A DNA stretch of 64,000 bases from Chiloscyllium plagiosum (lineage: Eukaryota), in the NCBI RefSeq assembly GCF_004010195.1, contig NC_057719.1, positions 71,998,055-72,062,054 on the forward strand, in the 5' to 3' direction. The notes beneath the pieces were generated by a model. That model was not told the DNA's origin. It was given only the letters and a program-made list of their open reading frames with translations, and did no database searches. Shown here in pieces: positions 1 through 13,628 of this stretch; positions within the stretch are counted from its first letter, which is position 1; every line of letters starts with the position of its first letter. A program made the position numbers and the translations under genes.

Positions 1-264
1 ATATTCAAAGGGTGGTGACCAGAACGGATGTGGTATTGCAGCTGAAGATGAAACAGTGCTGTATAGAGGTTTATAGAGGAGGTCAATACAAGTAAAATAT
101 GTTTTCTTGAATTTTACTAACATTTTGAAGAAAAATCATACCACACTCAAACACTAATGCTGTTTCTCTTCAGACGTAAGTTGCCAGAACTGCTGAGTTT
201 TTCCAGCCATTCATTTCTGTGTTTCAGATTTTCATCTTCCATAGCATTTTAGTTTTATATGACA

Positions 265-900
265 CTAGATGAAGACATGCTGAGAATGCATGATTTCAAT
301 GTGAGATTGCTGTACAGTAGCCGGATGCTGGCTGATCCCTGCTAGTCCTGCAATTGAACCTAAGATATTGGCTCGCAGATGCTGCACTATGATTGGGTCC
401 ACAAGTGCTGACATGGAGTTGGTCACTATTTCTAATTTCTGCCCAAAGCTCTGTGCCAAACCAGTCTGTGCTCTTTGACAATAGCTTTTTGCTAAAATTT
501 CAAGATAGTAATCATTTCTGCATGTGCACACAGCTTTCAAGGTCCTTCTCTCAGTCCTCAGAGCAGAGCTCATGTGTGACCTCCCACACTAGTGAGCTGG
601 TATCTGTGTATCCTTATCCACTGCCCAAGCTGCTGGTCAATTTGTGGAATATCACAATTCTTCGGATACTTTTTGCTCATCACAAATTGCTGGACAATCT
701 ACACATGAACTACAGCGAGTCATTTTGTGGCAACAAAACCCAACACAATCAATTTGGTGGGGGAGATTATTTTCCTTCACATTCTCTTCCATAATCAACA
801 AGTCATTTGTGCCCCTCCACCACATATTCAGCATTGCATTTGTAGGATTAACTATCATTGAGAAACAATCAACCATTGACGAGCTGCTTCACAGAATGAG
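265..900. mobile_element. Possible decayed Harbinger-type remnant
   Basis: The minus ORF 265-573 (LAQSFGQKLEIVTNSMSA) loosely resembles the accessory ORF of PIF/Harbinger elements. No catalytic motif is clearly readable. Confidence 0.3.
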
Positions 901-1769
901 ACACTTAAGTGAACTAGATTGAAATAGATGCGTTTTAGACAGAGGTTAGGAAGAACCTGTTTACTTCATTTCCACGCACAATATTAGTCCATCATTTAAA
1001 CTGTAAATTCATTGTCCCTTTTTTCATGTAATTTTAATAACAACAGACCTGGATTTATATAGCACCTTTAACATAATAAAATGGTCCAGAGATCATTAAG
1101 TAAACACCAATCGAAACATATTGAAGAACACAGAGGCCTCTCACCAAGGCAAAAAGATAAGAATTTTTTTTGTGAAAGACTGAGAAAAATATCTGAAAGC
1201 CTAGTCAGATTTGCTCGTAAAGGAACAGCTGCTTTATGCAAAGTAATGGCAAATAATCATTATTCAGAACCCACCTCCAGATCATTCGAACATGTTCTCA
1301 TCCAGCACTTGTGCAAAAAATCTTTGAGACCAGAATTGTAATCACATAGTCTACTGACATAGAACTCACAATAAAAGAATTAAATTATTCAAATTAAGTT
1401 GTGACCCTGTTTTTAAGAAGAATCCATAGGCTGTTGGCAGGAAATAACAGACTTAAATGTTTTTAGCATAATTATACTAAAGCTCAATCAAATCAAACTG
1501 CTGGTTATCCCGCTTCTGTGATAAGGCAGAATGAAGGATTCGATTAGCTTTCTGTCCTCACACTGCACAGTGCACCAACCTGTCCAAGTTTAACAAGAAG
1601 GGAACTGGGTGACTAGACTCTCATACGCCCAGCACGTAATCAGTCAACTGTCCCCTAATGTGGGTAACAGCTGGGATTGGGCTTTCAAGCAGGAGACTAA
1701 CAAGGGAGTTCAGGTGTAAACAATCCTGCTTTTGCTACTTCCGCAAAGAAAGTAACTTTAATAATAGCA

Positions 1770-2445
1770 AAAAACTGTGAATGCTGTAAATCTGAAACAA
1801 ACACAGAGAACGCTGGAGAAACTTAGCAGGTCTGGTAGCATCTGGGAAGAGAGAAACAGAGTTGATGTTTGGAGTCCATACTATTTTTCAGAACTGGCGG
1901 GGGAAGGTGAAAGGGTTTGTGTGATGGAGAAAGGAAGTGAGCATGGAGGTGAAGACAGTGAAAGAGGATTAGATTCTCTACAGTATGGAAACAGGCCTTT
2001 CGGCCCAACAAGTCCACATCGACCCTCCAATGAGTAATCCACCCAGACCCATTCCCCTACCCTATATTTACCCCTGATTAATGTACCTAATACTATAGGC
2101 AATTTAGAATGGCAATTCACCTAACCTGCATATCTTTGGATTGCGGGAGACATGGGAAGAATGTGTAAACTCCACACGGACAGTTGCCTGAAGCAGGAAT
2201 CGAACCTGGGTGCCTGGTGCTGTGAGGCAGCAGTGCTAGCCACTGTGCTGCCCACAGTGTTCAGTATCATGTCATGCCCAAAATTCACTGGGTTGAGTAC
2301 TTTTTTTATATATATGCGGTACCCCCTTCCCTTCAAAATGACTCTTCTGAAGAAGAGTATATCAGACTGGAAACATTAACTCCAGTTATCTCTTCACAAA
2401 TGCTGCCAGACTTCCTGTTGAGTTTCTCCAGCATTCTCTGTACTT
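1770..2445. mobile_element. Penelope-derived inverted (hairpin) non-autonomous element, interrupted by an HE1 SINE
   Basis: Left arm gctggagaaacttagcaggtctggtagcatctgggaagagag is the imperfect reverse complement of right arm tctcttcacaaatgctgccagacttcctgttgagtttctccagc. The right arm has CTGAAGA...GAAAC. Confidence 0.7.
1967..2253 (-). mobile_element. HE1-type SINE
   Basis: tRNA-like head (reverse complement of gaggcagcagtgctagccactgtg), HE1 body, CR1-like tail ggaaacaggcctttcggcccaacaagtcc and gattagatt end. Confidence 0.9.
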
Positions 2446-2449
2446 AGGT

Positions 2450-3750
2450 CATGTATTATCAGATGGCTGCTGTCTTGTCTCACTGGACCAATGTACAAAA
2501 GAGTCTGTGGGGTGTTCCAGCAATCTAGCAATCATTGAAGCATCACACTGTGTGAGCAGCAGTGCTCTCATGGTATACAAACCTGCTGTACCCTCTCAGG
2601 GCAACAACATTCATCCTCCCACCTGCTTTTCCACCAGGGCCCCTGTTTTGACATGACAGCACCTGCCAACCAGCAGTTGAAACTGCTGCATCTTATGTCA
2701 AGGTGCTGCAGTGTAAGACTGGACTTTCTAGCCTCAGAGCTACTTAATGTCATCCTCCATCTACAGGCTCTCCACTGAAAGTCAGCAGAGTTCAAACAGC
2801 CAGGCTGAAGCCAAAGGGGAGCACAGTGTAGCAGCACTAGGACAGGCAAAGTCATTGCCTACAGGCATTAAGGAAATTCATAAAAGTGATTAGGTGGCCT
2901 TTACGTATTGGATGGTGGGATTGGTTGGATTTCTACAGAAGGTTTGGTATGCTCATTTGGTTGCTGTATTTTTTATATTTCAATATTCTGGTTAGAGGGA
3001 AGGTTGACTGGCTGACATGCTGAATGTGGATTGAGATGAGCTTAATGGTGTCTCCTTCAAATGAACTAATCACAGACAGTCCAGGCTGAATGAGGATGTA
3101 ATCATGGTTTCCTTCTGTGACGTCTGCCATACAATTTGCAGCAGTTGTTGTGTTCTCATGCTGACAAGGATGGTCAGCGTGTAGTAGATCAACCCAAAGC
3201 CCAATATTCTCTGTGTTGAATTCTTAGGATTCTACCAGAATGATTCAGGCAAAGGAGACATTGCTAAGGCACCCCATTGGTGTGCCTGTTCCTATTTTGT
3301 GTATAACAGAATAGCTATTGTTACGGGGATGCTGCCCATCTATATATGGATTACACACCAGCATCAAGAATTCTGTGGTCAGTGGATAGCTCTTGTTACC
3401 ATTTACAAATCTCAGGTTAATGGTGGTTTGCATGAAGTTGATACTGTAGACTGGTGAAGAATATAGGCATCACGACTGCTTCCCATTGACTAATATGATG
3501 CACGTGATATGGTCACGTTACCTGGGAATGGAGGGAGTGGAATCATAGGAAGGGCCTCTTCCTTTTCCTGGATGCATATTCGTCTGCACATTGTTAGGAG
3601 ACTGTGCCATCTGGATTACAGAGGTCAAAATTACTACTGCTGCCATAAAATCTGCAGTAAACAGTTAAGGGCATCATACTCTACCATTCACTTGCTAATG
3701 CCAGGAGAATGCATACACTTTGTGGATGATACTTTGAGCACTTTATATTT
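2450..3750 (-). mobile_element. Decayed PIF/Harbinger DNA transposon (HARBI1-like DDE transposase on minus strand)
   Basis: Minus-strand translation gives GSSRDAYILHQSTV (~3440-3485) and GNKSYPLTTEFLMLVCNP (ORF 3245-3433). These match Harbinger GSxHDAFILRQS and GDKGYPLxxWLMTP motifs. An FHSL-like remnant lies near 3535. The 2450-2880 segment may be the accessory ORF on the plus strand. Confidence 0.7.
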
Positions 3751-4079
3751 GAGTTTACCAATATAAATTTCATCAATTGTTTCTCATAACTCCCACCACT
3801 GACACTGGGACAAGGCTTGGGAATCCTTCTTGCAGTTGGCTCTCTTCATTCTTGGTTGGCTCTCTTCATTCTTGATTATTAGAGTTGGAAGCAATAATCG
3901 AAATACAATCCAATTCGAACATTTACACAAAGGCTACCACTTTCTTGGCTTCTGCGCTACTGATTTAGTAATGTAACTCAAACTCATGTCAACTTTGTTG
4001 ATTGCTGTGGTGGAAATTTGGTGGAAATTTGTAGAGTCAAGTTTATTAAGGAACCTAGGTAGTTTTCAGAATCATCATT

Positions 4080-4760
4080 TACAGAAACATAAGAGCACGC
4101 AAAGACCAGTCAGCCACCTCAAAACTGCTCTGTCATTCCCAATCATGGCTTATCATCAAACTCAATGCCATTTTCCCATTTTATCCCCATATCTAGAAAC
4201 CTAAAAATTTCTGGTTTAAACTTACTCAAGTACTGAACTTCCACTCCCCTCCAGGTTAGAGAATTCCAAAGATTCACTATCCTGTCAATGAAGAGAGAGC
4301 TCCTCATTCCAGTCAAAAATGGCTTTCTGAAAGTTCTGGGGCATTTTCCCATGATTCTAGTCCTCCCAACCAGAAGAAACATTTTTTCTACATCCAATCA
4401 ATCATGCTTTAAGAATTTTGTATGTTTCAAGGAGATCTTATCTCATTGCTCTAAACTGTAGAGAATATAGCCCCAGTCTCCTCACTCTCTACTTGTAGAA
4501 CAATCCCTTCATTTGAAAACCTAGGCGACTGAAGCTCTGATGCACCCACATTTGTGGTAACTACATTCTTCCTTAGGCAAGAGGACTAAAACTGTACACA
4601 GTACTAAGGGTACAGTCTTATAAGGACCAATACAGTTGAAGCAAGACATCTTTACTCCTGAACTCAAATCCTCTTGCAATAAAGGCCTTCTTAATGACTT
4701 GCTGCACTTGCATGTTAGATCTTGTGACCTATGAACAAGGACAGTGAGGTCCTTGAGCAA
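4080..4760 (-). mobile_element. CR1 LINE 3' fragment
   Basis: Minus ORF with RIVNLWNSL...FKPEIFRFL, the CR1 ORF2 C-terminus, plus 3' UTR. Confidence 0.85.
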
Positions 4761-4779
4761 TTTTCTTCAGCATAACATT

Positions 4780-6240
4780 TACTGATCCCAAATGTTGAAA
4801 GAGTTTGAAAAGGTATCCTAAAAATAGGCTGTTACATGTTCTTCTGTGAAGGGAATATTCTGTATTTTAAAGCAAAATAGCATTAAATTTTACAAATTGC
4901 AAACTTAGAACGCACATGGACAATTTCAACAGTGAATGTCCAAACAGAAGAACAGCAATCCAATCATATGTATTATCAAGACTCCATTAGTGACTCAGTG
5001 CATTCAACGGGTCCTGCCTTCCTGGATTACATCTTCTATTGAAAAGGCAAGACTGACAGCGACCCTTATGGACACTGAATTGGTTTTGGTGTCTGGATAG
5101 GATTTTTGGATGTACTTTCAGAAATTCCGGTTGTATAAATATTTGCAGGCTCAGATGTAACCAATTTTGACACCATTCTCAGAGCTATGCCCCAATCCTT
5201 GACTCCTGTGAAGACATTAAGTAAAAGTTTTATTGTGTCCTTGGTAGAATCCTCACAACCATTCTAAAAGAAGCACAGATTATGTCTGGTTCACATGAAC
5301 ACAATGATTAGCCATGATTTTGAGATCTAGAGCAGAACCATTGGGAGGAGCTGGGTGGGTAAAATCAAAACTGCAACCTTCTGCTGACAAAGTATGCTCA
5401 GCCCAACTTCATTATAATAACTTATTCTCTTTTCCGCCAGAAGAACAATTACAAAAGCATCATGAAGCATCCTATATCAAAGCATTGTCAACTCCAGGTT
5501 TATGTAATTGTTTAAGTCAAAATTCAAACTGACCCATAACAGGGGTTTGGTACTTTCAGGACAGATCATAGACTTACTCAATTAGTGATAATCATCCCAC
5601 CAGCAATCAAGACATCGCAATGGCCAGAAGTCTAAAAGAAACAAGATTAATATCTCACCCCCAAATAGAAGAGAGAAACTTCAAGTACAGCTCAAGAACA
5701 ATTTGGAAAATGTTCATAGCACTAAATTCTAGAATAGTGATATCAAAGAAGAGCAACTGTGCGGGATACCTGTGTTCAGACAATTGGTTTGAGCATCGGC
5801 CAGGACTGCTTCAATAAGACTGATAATGAAATATGTGACCTCCTGGAACAAAGACAATCAACCCTTTGTTGTTTGACAGAACACTCCAAGGTCACAAGTT
5901 ACAAAAGCAGAATTCCAACTGCTCAAGACTGATGCCAAAGAAAAATCCAGAAGACATAAGAGATGTGGTAGAAATAGAAAACCAGATCTAATAACATTCT
6001 GACCATTGTGATGTAAGAAGTCTTTTTTGAAGCTAAGGCCTTAACCATTATCATACATAATCTGCAGTTTGCAGATCATTGTACTGTCATTGCCATTAGA
6101 TCATTACTCCTCCCTGACAATACGTTTTCCTTGTTCTTTTTGATTTCTAGATTTTCCAGTCTGCTCCAACCTTAATCTGGTGGTGGATGCATTGAATATG
6201 ATCTGTTCCTCTTTTTCACAAGATCCATTGTATTATGTTG
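4780..6240 (-). mobile_element. Highly decayed DIRS/Ngaro-like tyrosine-recombinase retrotransposon
   Basis: Frameshifted minus-strand remnants occur in the expected RT, RNase H, YR order: LDF..GISLE (~5925-5955), VPGGHIF (~5830-5850), LELY...IWG (~5655-5700), HKPGVDNAL (~5480-5505), LKYIQKSYP (~5095-5125). Confidence 0.45.
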
Positions 6241-6299
6241 TATTAAAATAGCTGCTGCCAGCCTTGAAAGGAAAGGAATAGAGGGAAAAGGCCACAAAC

Positions 6300-8400
6300 A
6301 AAAATAATCACAGAATTGTTATAGTGCAGAAGGAGGCCAAGTGGTTCATTGTGGATCTCTGAGCATTTTAATTTAGTGCCAATCTCCATCCTTTTCCTCA
6401 TAACCCTGCAAATTGTTTCTGTTAAAATGACATTCACTGCCTTCTTGAATGTCTCAACTGAATCTGCACTTCACCACCCTGCTTGTGTGAAAAAGAATTT
6501 TCTCACCTCACATATGCTTCTTTTGCAAAACACTTTAAAACAGTGCCCTTTGGTGTTTGATCTGTTCATGATCAGGAACAGTTTCTCCCTGTCTACCCAG
6601 TCCAGATTCCTCCTCCTACCGCAATCCTCTCCAAGGGAAACAGTCCCACCTTCACTCTGTTCTTTATACCAAAATGCACACTTGGCCCTTCTCTGCATTG
6701 AATTCCATGTGCCACCTATCTGCCCACTCCACCCAAGTGTCACTGTCCACCTCACAGTTTATAATTCTCCCAGCTTTGTTACCTCTTCAAAAAACTCCAG
6801 TAAGTTCAGTACATACAACTTTCCCTTGATAAATCCATGCTGACTCTTTTGAATTAACTCACATTTTCCACATGGTTATTAATTTTGCCCCGAGTAGTTA
6901 ATTCTGGAAGTTTCCTCACTGCCCATGTTAAACTGACTGATCTGTAATTGTTGGGCCAATCTTTATAGCCATTTTTAAAACCATAAGAAAAAGAAACAGA
7001 AGTGGACCCTATATTTGATAGGATCCAGAGCTTCCTCAGCTGTCACCATGGTCTGGGCAACATTTAACTCCTGGGTTTGGACAGATGCAAAGTATCCATT
7101 TAACCCCTCACCATGTCTCTTCCCTTTATGTGTAATTGCTCTTTTTGGTGCCCAATTGGCTGTACTCCTCCTTTACCGCCCCTTTAATTATTTATGAGCT
7201 GATGGAAATCTTCGGGACTTCCCATTATGTTAGCTGCCAATCTTTTTCAAACTCTTTTTCATTTCTCATATTTAGTATTTCACCTCCCATCTAAACCTTT
7301 GATTCCCTTTGATTCCCACTTGTGTTTTTGAGCTGACACCTGCAGTAAATAGACTTTTTCATCTTGAGCTTATTTCTCTCCCCTTTGTCACTAAAGGAGC
7401 ATTGAATTTGTTTGTTCAACCCTTCCTTTTTGAGAGAATCTACCTTTGCTGTGCCTGAGCCATCTCCTCTTTCAAGGTAGTCCATTGATCAGATACTGTT
7501 TTCCCCATCAACCTTTGGTTCCAGTCTAGCTGGCCCATCTCTGTTCTCACCCATGGAGATTGCTTGTCTGCCAGCTGATTATTCCTACATTGACCAAAGT
7601 CATTTTCCCAAATCTAATTATACAATCATGATTGGCCCTTAAATTATTCCCCCAATGTCACTTCTTCCACTTGTCCAACCTCATTTTCATGAACCAGGTC
7701 AAAAGCACACCCTATCTTATTGGACTGGACACATACTGCTGTAGGAAATTCTCCTAAACACAATCTAAGAAGTCTTATGTCTCACTGCTCCTTACACTAC
7801 CATGATCTCAGTCTATATATGGGTAAGTCCCTCATTATAACAATTTTATGATGTTTAAACCTCTGTATAATTTCCTTGTAGATCATTTCCTCTACATCCT
7901 TCCTATTAGTTAGTGGTGTATAGGTTACACTGAGGAATGCAATTGTTCCCTTCTTGTTGCTTAGCTCTAACCAAATCAATTCTGGCCTTGGACCCTCAGA
8001 AATATTGCTCAAGAACTGCTATGTGTTCCTTAACCAAAAATGCCACCCCTCCATTTGTTCCTTTCCTATCATTTCTGAGCACCTTGTAACCAGGAATATT
8101 TAACACCCAGATCTCCCATTCCTTGAGCCAGGTCTCTATTGTGGACATAACATCATAATCACAAGGCATGCTATGCCTGCAAGTCTCCAGTCTTGTTAAC
8201 GATATTCAATGCATTCACATACGTACAGTGCAACCATGATTTAAGGTGCATTATTTTCTCCTTTATTCTGAGTCCACCTATTCATTTACTATTCTCCATT
8301 TTAGTGCAACCTGCTTTTTCCAGCAATTTGTTCTCTGTGACATTACTTTCTAGAATTCCTCCAGCTTCCACTGATTTAATTCAGCTGAGTTAGTTTAAAC
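6300..8400 (-). mobile_element. Old CR1 LINE with internal deletions (EN through 3' end)
   Basis: ORF 7797-8012 ELIWLELSNKKGTIAFLSVTY...IVIMRD is CR1 APE endonuclease-like. ORF 6471-6755 includes DREKLF...TKGHCFKV...KFFFTQ from the ORF2 C-terminus. Confidence 0.8.
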
Positions 8401-10149
8401 CCTCCCTAGCAACATTAGCATACTGCTCCCAAGGAAGGGGAGTCTCAGACACAGATTGTTAAAAGAAAAGATTTGCACATTATATGGAAGTAGTTGGTGT
8501 GGGAATTTTACTTTACAATGTCGTGGAGATAGATTTAGATGAAGAAGGCCTTTTTAGCCACCCTGTGAAAACTGCATTCCTGACTGATGATCTTTCCATG
8601 TACTCAACAGTCTTTGTGTGAGCAGTTTCATATCGTCAGTCCTCAACTCACCATTTACCAGATGCAAGATGAATCATTCTAGATGTTAGCAAAAAGAGCA
8701 TCACGCCCAAATATTGGACACTTTAAGAGAAAGTAAATCTGTGCAGCGTTGCTTCCAAATTCTTAGACACTAAAATATCTAGTCAGTGAAAAATTAGACT
8801 TGAAATTTAAAATCTGTTGGGACTGTTCAAATTTATCAAGCAATGCCTGACATAACTGACTTGGCATGTATAAATTACAGGCTGTATTTTGATAAAGTTG
8901 GCATTGATGCAATACATAAGGCTCCAAACTTTCACAATTCTTCTACAGCATTAGAAAAACACACATTTGCAAAAAGAAATTAAAATCAATGTGACTATAA
9001 TACGTGAATCAAATGTTAGAAGAAATTTCAGCAATTAATTAATTACTTATAATTCTCTTAGTAAAAAAGCAACAGTCAACATGACTGTCAAATTCTTTCA
9101 TGAAGATCAAAATCTGATATTCCTTCAACTGCTGTGAACATTAGATTATTTCATCAACAATGATAACATGCATTTTTGTGGAGTTCTTTAATGCAGAAAA
9201 GCATCACAATCACTTAATCAAATAATGTTGATGCCAAATGAAATGAGACACAGCTAAAATTTGATCTTAACAGTGGATATTTGAAGAGAGCAGGAGAATT
9301 TAGGAACATTGACTGCAAGAAAACTAAAGGCAGAGCTAATAATGTTGGGGAGAAGGAGAGAGAGGAACAAGAAGCTATGAATCAGAAAGGCAGAGTTTAA
9401 GAAGCATGGTTTGTAGCACTGGATGAGATAATGCAGATAGTGAGGGGAAAGACACTATTTAAAGAAAGACAAAGTATTCTTTCTGTGTCCTGACTTTAAC
9501 AGAACTGGCACAGGCAGACTAAGCCAGATGGCCACCTTCTGTGCTGTAAAATTCCATAATTCCATCATTCAGAAAGTAAATTAATTTTTTTTAGTATTTT
9601 CATTACAGCTGACAAGAATAGCGTTGGGAGTGAGAAATTTGATTTGCATCAAAATGGACAGAAAGTCAACAAAACAACGACATGCCGCTCCACGTTGGTT
9701 GAGGATCGATCTAATTTTGGCTTTGTCCTCAGTTAAATGTTGCTGGCAAGCTTGGAGTGTCACCCACGTTCCCTGTTGCTGTTTATTTGGAAGGGCAGAA
9801 TTTCAGCTGATCCCTACACTGAGTCCACAGACAGAGAAGGAGAAAGTGATCATGCTGGGGAAGGATTGGTGGTGTTGAGATGCTGAGTACAAACAATACT
9901 TTAAAAGTAGCTGGTTGGGTCTCTTTTAATTCAAACAAATATTTTCAGTCTTTTTTGACTGAAGTCGATAATCCCCTTAAAAATTGCTTTTTAGGACACT
10001 CTAAGTTTGAGGCAAAACATCAGATGAAAGGTCATAGAGATGAAACCTTAACCTTCTTTCTCGCCACAGAATATGCCTACTTGCTGATATTTCCAGCAAT
10101 TTTTGCATTTATCTGAGATTTCCAGCATTCACTATTTTAGTTTGTTAAG

Positions 10150-11251
10150 TTAAACATCATACAGCACCTGGTTATAGTTCAACAGGTTTATTTGGAAGCA
10201 CTAGCTTTCAGTGCGCTGCTCTTTCATCAGATAACTAGTGGGGCAGGATCAAAAGATACAGAATTTATAGCAAAAGATCACAGTGTCATGCAATTAAAAC
10301 AATATTTTGAACAGACCTAGATTGCTGTTAAGTATTTCATCTTTTAGAATGGGTTTTTGCGTTGGGGACTTCCAATGTCTTCCAAAGGTACACAAAGCGA
10401 ACACACCTGATTGTCATATCGTGTCAGGCAATGGGACCCTGTATGAGAACATCTCTGGCTATGTCAAAGGCATCTTGAAACCCGTTGTACAGGGGACCCA
10501 CAGCTTCTGTAGTGACACTGCAGATTTCTTACAGAAACTCAGCACCCATGGACCAATAATCGAATCAGGAACATTCCTCGTCACAATGGATGTTTCAGCA
10601 CTCTACACCAGCACCTCCCACACTGATGGCATCGTGGCAACAACCTCAGCACTCAACATCAACAACTGCCAATCTCTGAGCACCATCCTGCAACTCATCC
10701 AGTTCCTCCTCGATCGCAACATTTTCACCTTTGACAATGAGTTCTACATTCAGGCACACTGAACAGCCATGGGGTCCAACTTTGCACCCCAATACGCCAA
10801 ACTTTTCATGCACATGTTTGAACAAGACTTCTTTGCTGCACAGGACCTCCAACCAACACTATATAGCACGTATATTGATGACATTTTCTTCCTCTGGACC
10901 CATGGGAAGGAGTCACTGAAACAACTACACAGTGATATCAACATGTTTCATTCCACCATCAGGATTACCATGGACCACTCTTTAGTATCTGTTTTATTCT
11001 TGGACACATACATCTCCATCAAGGATGGGCATCTCTGTACCTCACTCTACTGCAAACCCATAGATAATCTCACGATGCTGCACTTCTCTAGCTTTCACCC
11101 TAAACATATTTAAGCAGCTGTCCCCTATGGACAAGCCCTATGCATACATAGGATCTGTTCAGATGAGGAGGAACATGATGGACACCTGAAGGTGCTGAAG
11201 GATGCCCTCATAAGAACAGGGTATGATGCTCAACTCATTGATCGCCAGTTC
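10150..11251 (+). mobile_element. Penelope-like element: inverted terminal segment joined to an RT pseudogene, truncated by a gap
   Basis: CLPKVHKANTP..IVSGNGTL, LVTMDVSALYTS, MGSNFAPQYA and YIDDIFFLW are Penelope RT motifs. In-frame stops at 10760 and 11111. Confidence 0.92.
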
Positions 11252-11751
11252 NNNNNNNNNNNNNNNNNNNNNNNNNNNNNNNNNNNNNNNNNNNNNNNNN
11301 NNNNNNNNNNNNNNNNNNNNNNNNNNNNNNNNNNNNNNNNNNNNNNNNNNNNNNNNNNNNNNNNNNNNNNNNNNNNNNNNNNNNNNNNNNNNNNNNNNNN
11401 NNNNNNNNNNNNNNNNNNNNNNNNNNNNNNNNNNNNNNNNNNNNNNNNNNNNNNNNNNNNNNNNNNNNNNNNNNNNNNNNNNNNNNNNNNNNNNNNNNNN
11501 NNNNNNNNNNNNNNNNNNNNNNNNNNNNNNNNNNNNNNNNNNNNNNNNNNNNNNNNNNNNNNNNNNNNNNNNNNNNNNNNNNNNNNNNNNNNNNNNNNNN
11601 NNNNNNNNNNNNNNNNNNNNNNNNNNNNNNNNNNNNNNNNNNNNNNNNNNNNNNNNNNNNNNNNNNNNNNNNNNNNNNNNNNNNNNNNNNNNNNNNNNNN
11701 NNNNNNNNNNNNNNNNNNNNNNNNNNNNNNNNNNNNNNNNNNNNNNNNNNN
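11252..11751. other. Assembly gap (500 N)
   Basis: Run of N. Confidence 1.
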
Positions 11752-12003
11752 AAGGTTGTGCTAATTGTAAAATGCAGAGAAACAAAAGAGGATCTCTGCC
11801 TTGTAATGTTACACTTAAGAATAATACTTTCAATATGGGCTTACCATTGTGACAGAAATCATGTTTTGGAGGCAGGTTAGGACAACTTTGCAAAGTTATG
11901 ACCTGTCCAAGTCTCAGGAAAATCTTTTCAAAATCAAGTGAGAATGACGTTAGCACATGACTGATTTACAGGTTAGGAACTGCCTAGTCAAACACAACAT
12001 TCT

Positions 12004-12335
12004 GATTAGATTAGATTAGATTAGATTAGATTAGATTACTTACTGTGGAAACAGGCCCTTCGGCCCAACAAGTCCACACCGACCCGCCGAAGCGCAACCC
12101 ACCCATACCCCTACATTTACCCCTTTAACCTAACACTACGGGCAATTTAGCATGGCCAATTCACCTGGCCCGCACATCTTTGGACTGTGGGAGGAAACCG
12201 GAGCATCCGGAGGAAACCCACGCAGACACGAGGAGAGTGTGCAAACTCCACATAGTCAGTCGCCTGAGTCAGGAATTGAACCCGGGTCTCTGGCGCTGTG
12301 AGGCAGCAGTGCTAACCACTGTGCCACCGTGCCAC
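12004..12335 (-). mobile_element. HE1-type SINE (young, CpG-rich) with (GATTA)n tail
   Basis: Full body ggaggaaaccggagc...gcagcagtgctaaccactgtgccaccgtgcc, and six gatta units. Confidence 0.95.
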
Positions 12336-12967
12336 AGAGCCTGGTTTTTCTGTAGGCAGTATCTAAAAGGTGTGGTGAGGCTAGTTCCTATGAGATCACA
12401 ACATTGAATGGATGGTGTTGAGGAGAAATAGAAGCTAGCAATGGGAATTACTCAACTGTATAACATGCAATACTCTAATTGCATCTCGAGGTGAATTCCA
12501 AAAGACCAGTAAGAAAAATATTAGCATGCTGATAATACACAGGATGACAATGCACGTATAAGTCAAGAACAATAAAGTGATGAGTTTATATCTCAGATAC
12601 CATCATAAGATCCAATGGGATTACTAAACCACCAGGAAATTAATACAGCCTCTTAAATTCTCAAATGATTAACCAAAATCTTTATTTTGTGTAAATAGTT
12701 TTTGCAACATCCATTTTCATATATATGTTTGATCTTAGTGCGTATAATGTTATTTCAGAAACAAAAGCTATTGTGATATCACTTTAAGAGAATATGCAAA
12801 TGATGTACACATCATTGAGGAACCAGGATGTAAAGAACAAGTTATCAGAGGTCAGTTGGCGCAGTTAGATGTGCTTGTTGAGTAATTATAGTTGTTCAAT
12901 CCCTGGAGTAAACAGGTCTGTTGAACTATCCTGTGATATGTATTTATTAGTTATAGTCTTCAAATTG

Positions 12968-13190
12968 GGGTCAGTTCACTCAGTTGGCTGGATGGCTGGT
13001 TTGTGATGTAAAGTGATGCAAATAGCACAGGTTCAATTCCTGTACTATTTGGGGTTACCATGAATGTCCCACCTTCTTAATCTCACCCCTTCTCTGTGTT
13101 GGGGTAACCCTCGGTTCAACCACTAACCACACTTTCTAATAATAAAGCAGTCCTGTAGTCATTTGGGAATATGATGACTTTACATTTACC
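12968..13190 (+). mobile_element. Older tRNA-derived SINE (second family)
   Basis: A-box/B-box-like ctcagttggctgg...ggttcaattcc and a tail ending gactttac. Homologous copies at ~33515-33722 (-) and ~37080-37180 (+). Confidence 0.65.
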
Positions 13191-13628
13191 TAATCTTCAA
13201 ATAAATTGAACAAAATGAGATTATGAGTGCAATTAATGGATTTACAGTAAAAAAAGAGATATAACAGGACTGACAGGCTTGATGTTGAGAGACTTTGCTC
13301 TCCCTGACTATGGAATTTTGAACAGAAGGCCACATGCCCAGGATAAAGGGTCAGCCATTTGGGAATAGTTGAAAATTTACTTCACTCTGTGTGACATCTC
13401 TTCCCCAAAAAGATGTAGATGATTAATTAATTATATTCAAGGCTTTTTGAAAAATAAGGGAATGATAGGAAAATAACATATTACTGAAAGTACATAGCAG
13501 ATAGAGTCATTTAGCATAGAAACAGACCCTTCAATCTACTTTGTTAATGCCAACCAACAACACCAAACAACACTAACCCCATTTACCAGCACTTGGTCCA
13601 CAGCCGACAAGGCTTGGCATTTAAGAAG

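Noticed and set aside
3834..3873. 20-bp tandem duplication gttggctctcttcattcttg
   Set aside because: Ordinary slippage duplication. Two units and no spacers, so not an array.
11159..11956. Long ORFs of 190-265 aa
   Set aside because: Artefacts of translating through the N gap.
12240..12335. tRNA-like sequences in SINE heads as tRNA genes
   Set aside because: They are embedded in multi-copy SINEs with LINE-derived tails, and no complete cloverleaf is evident.
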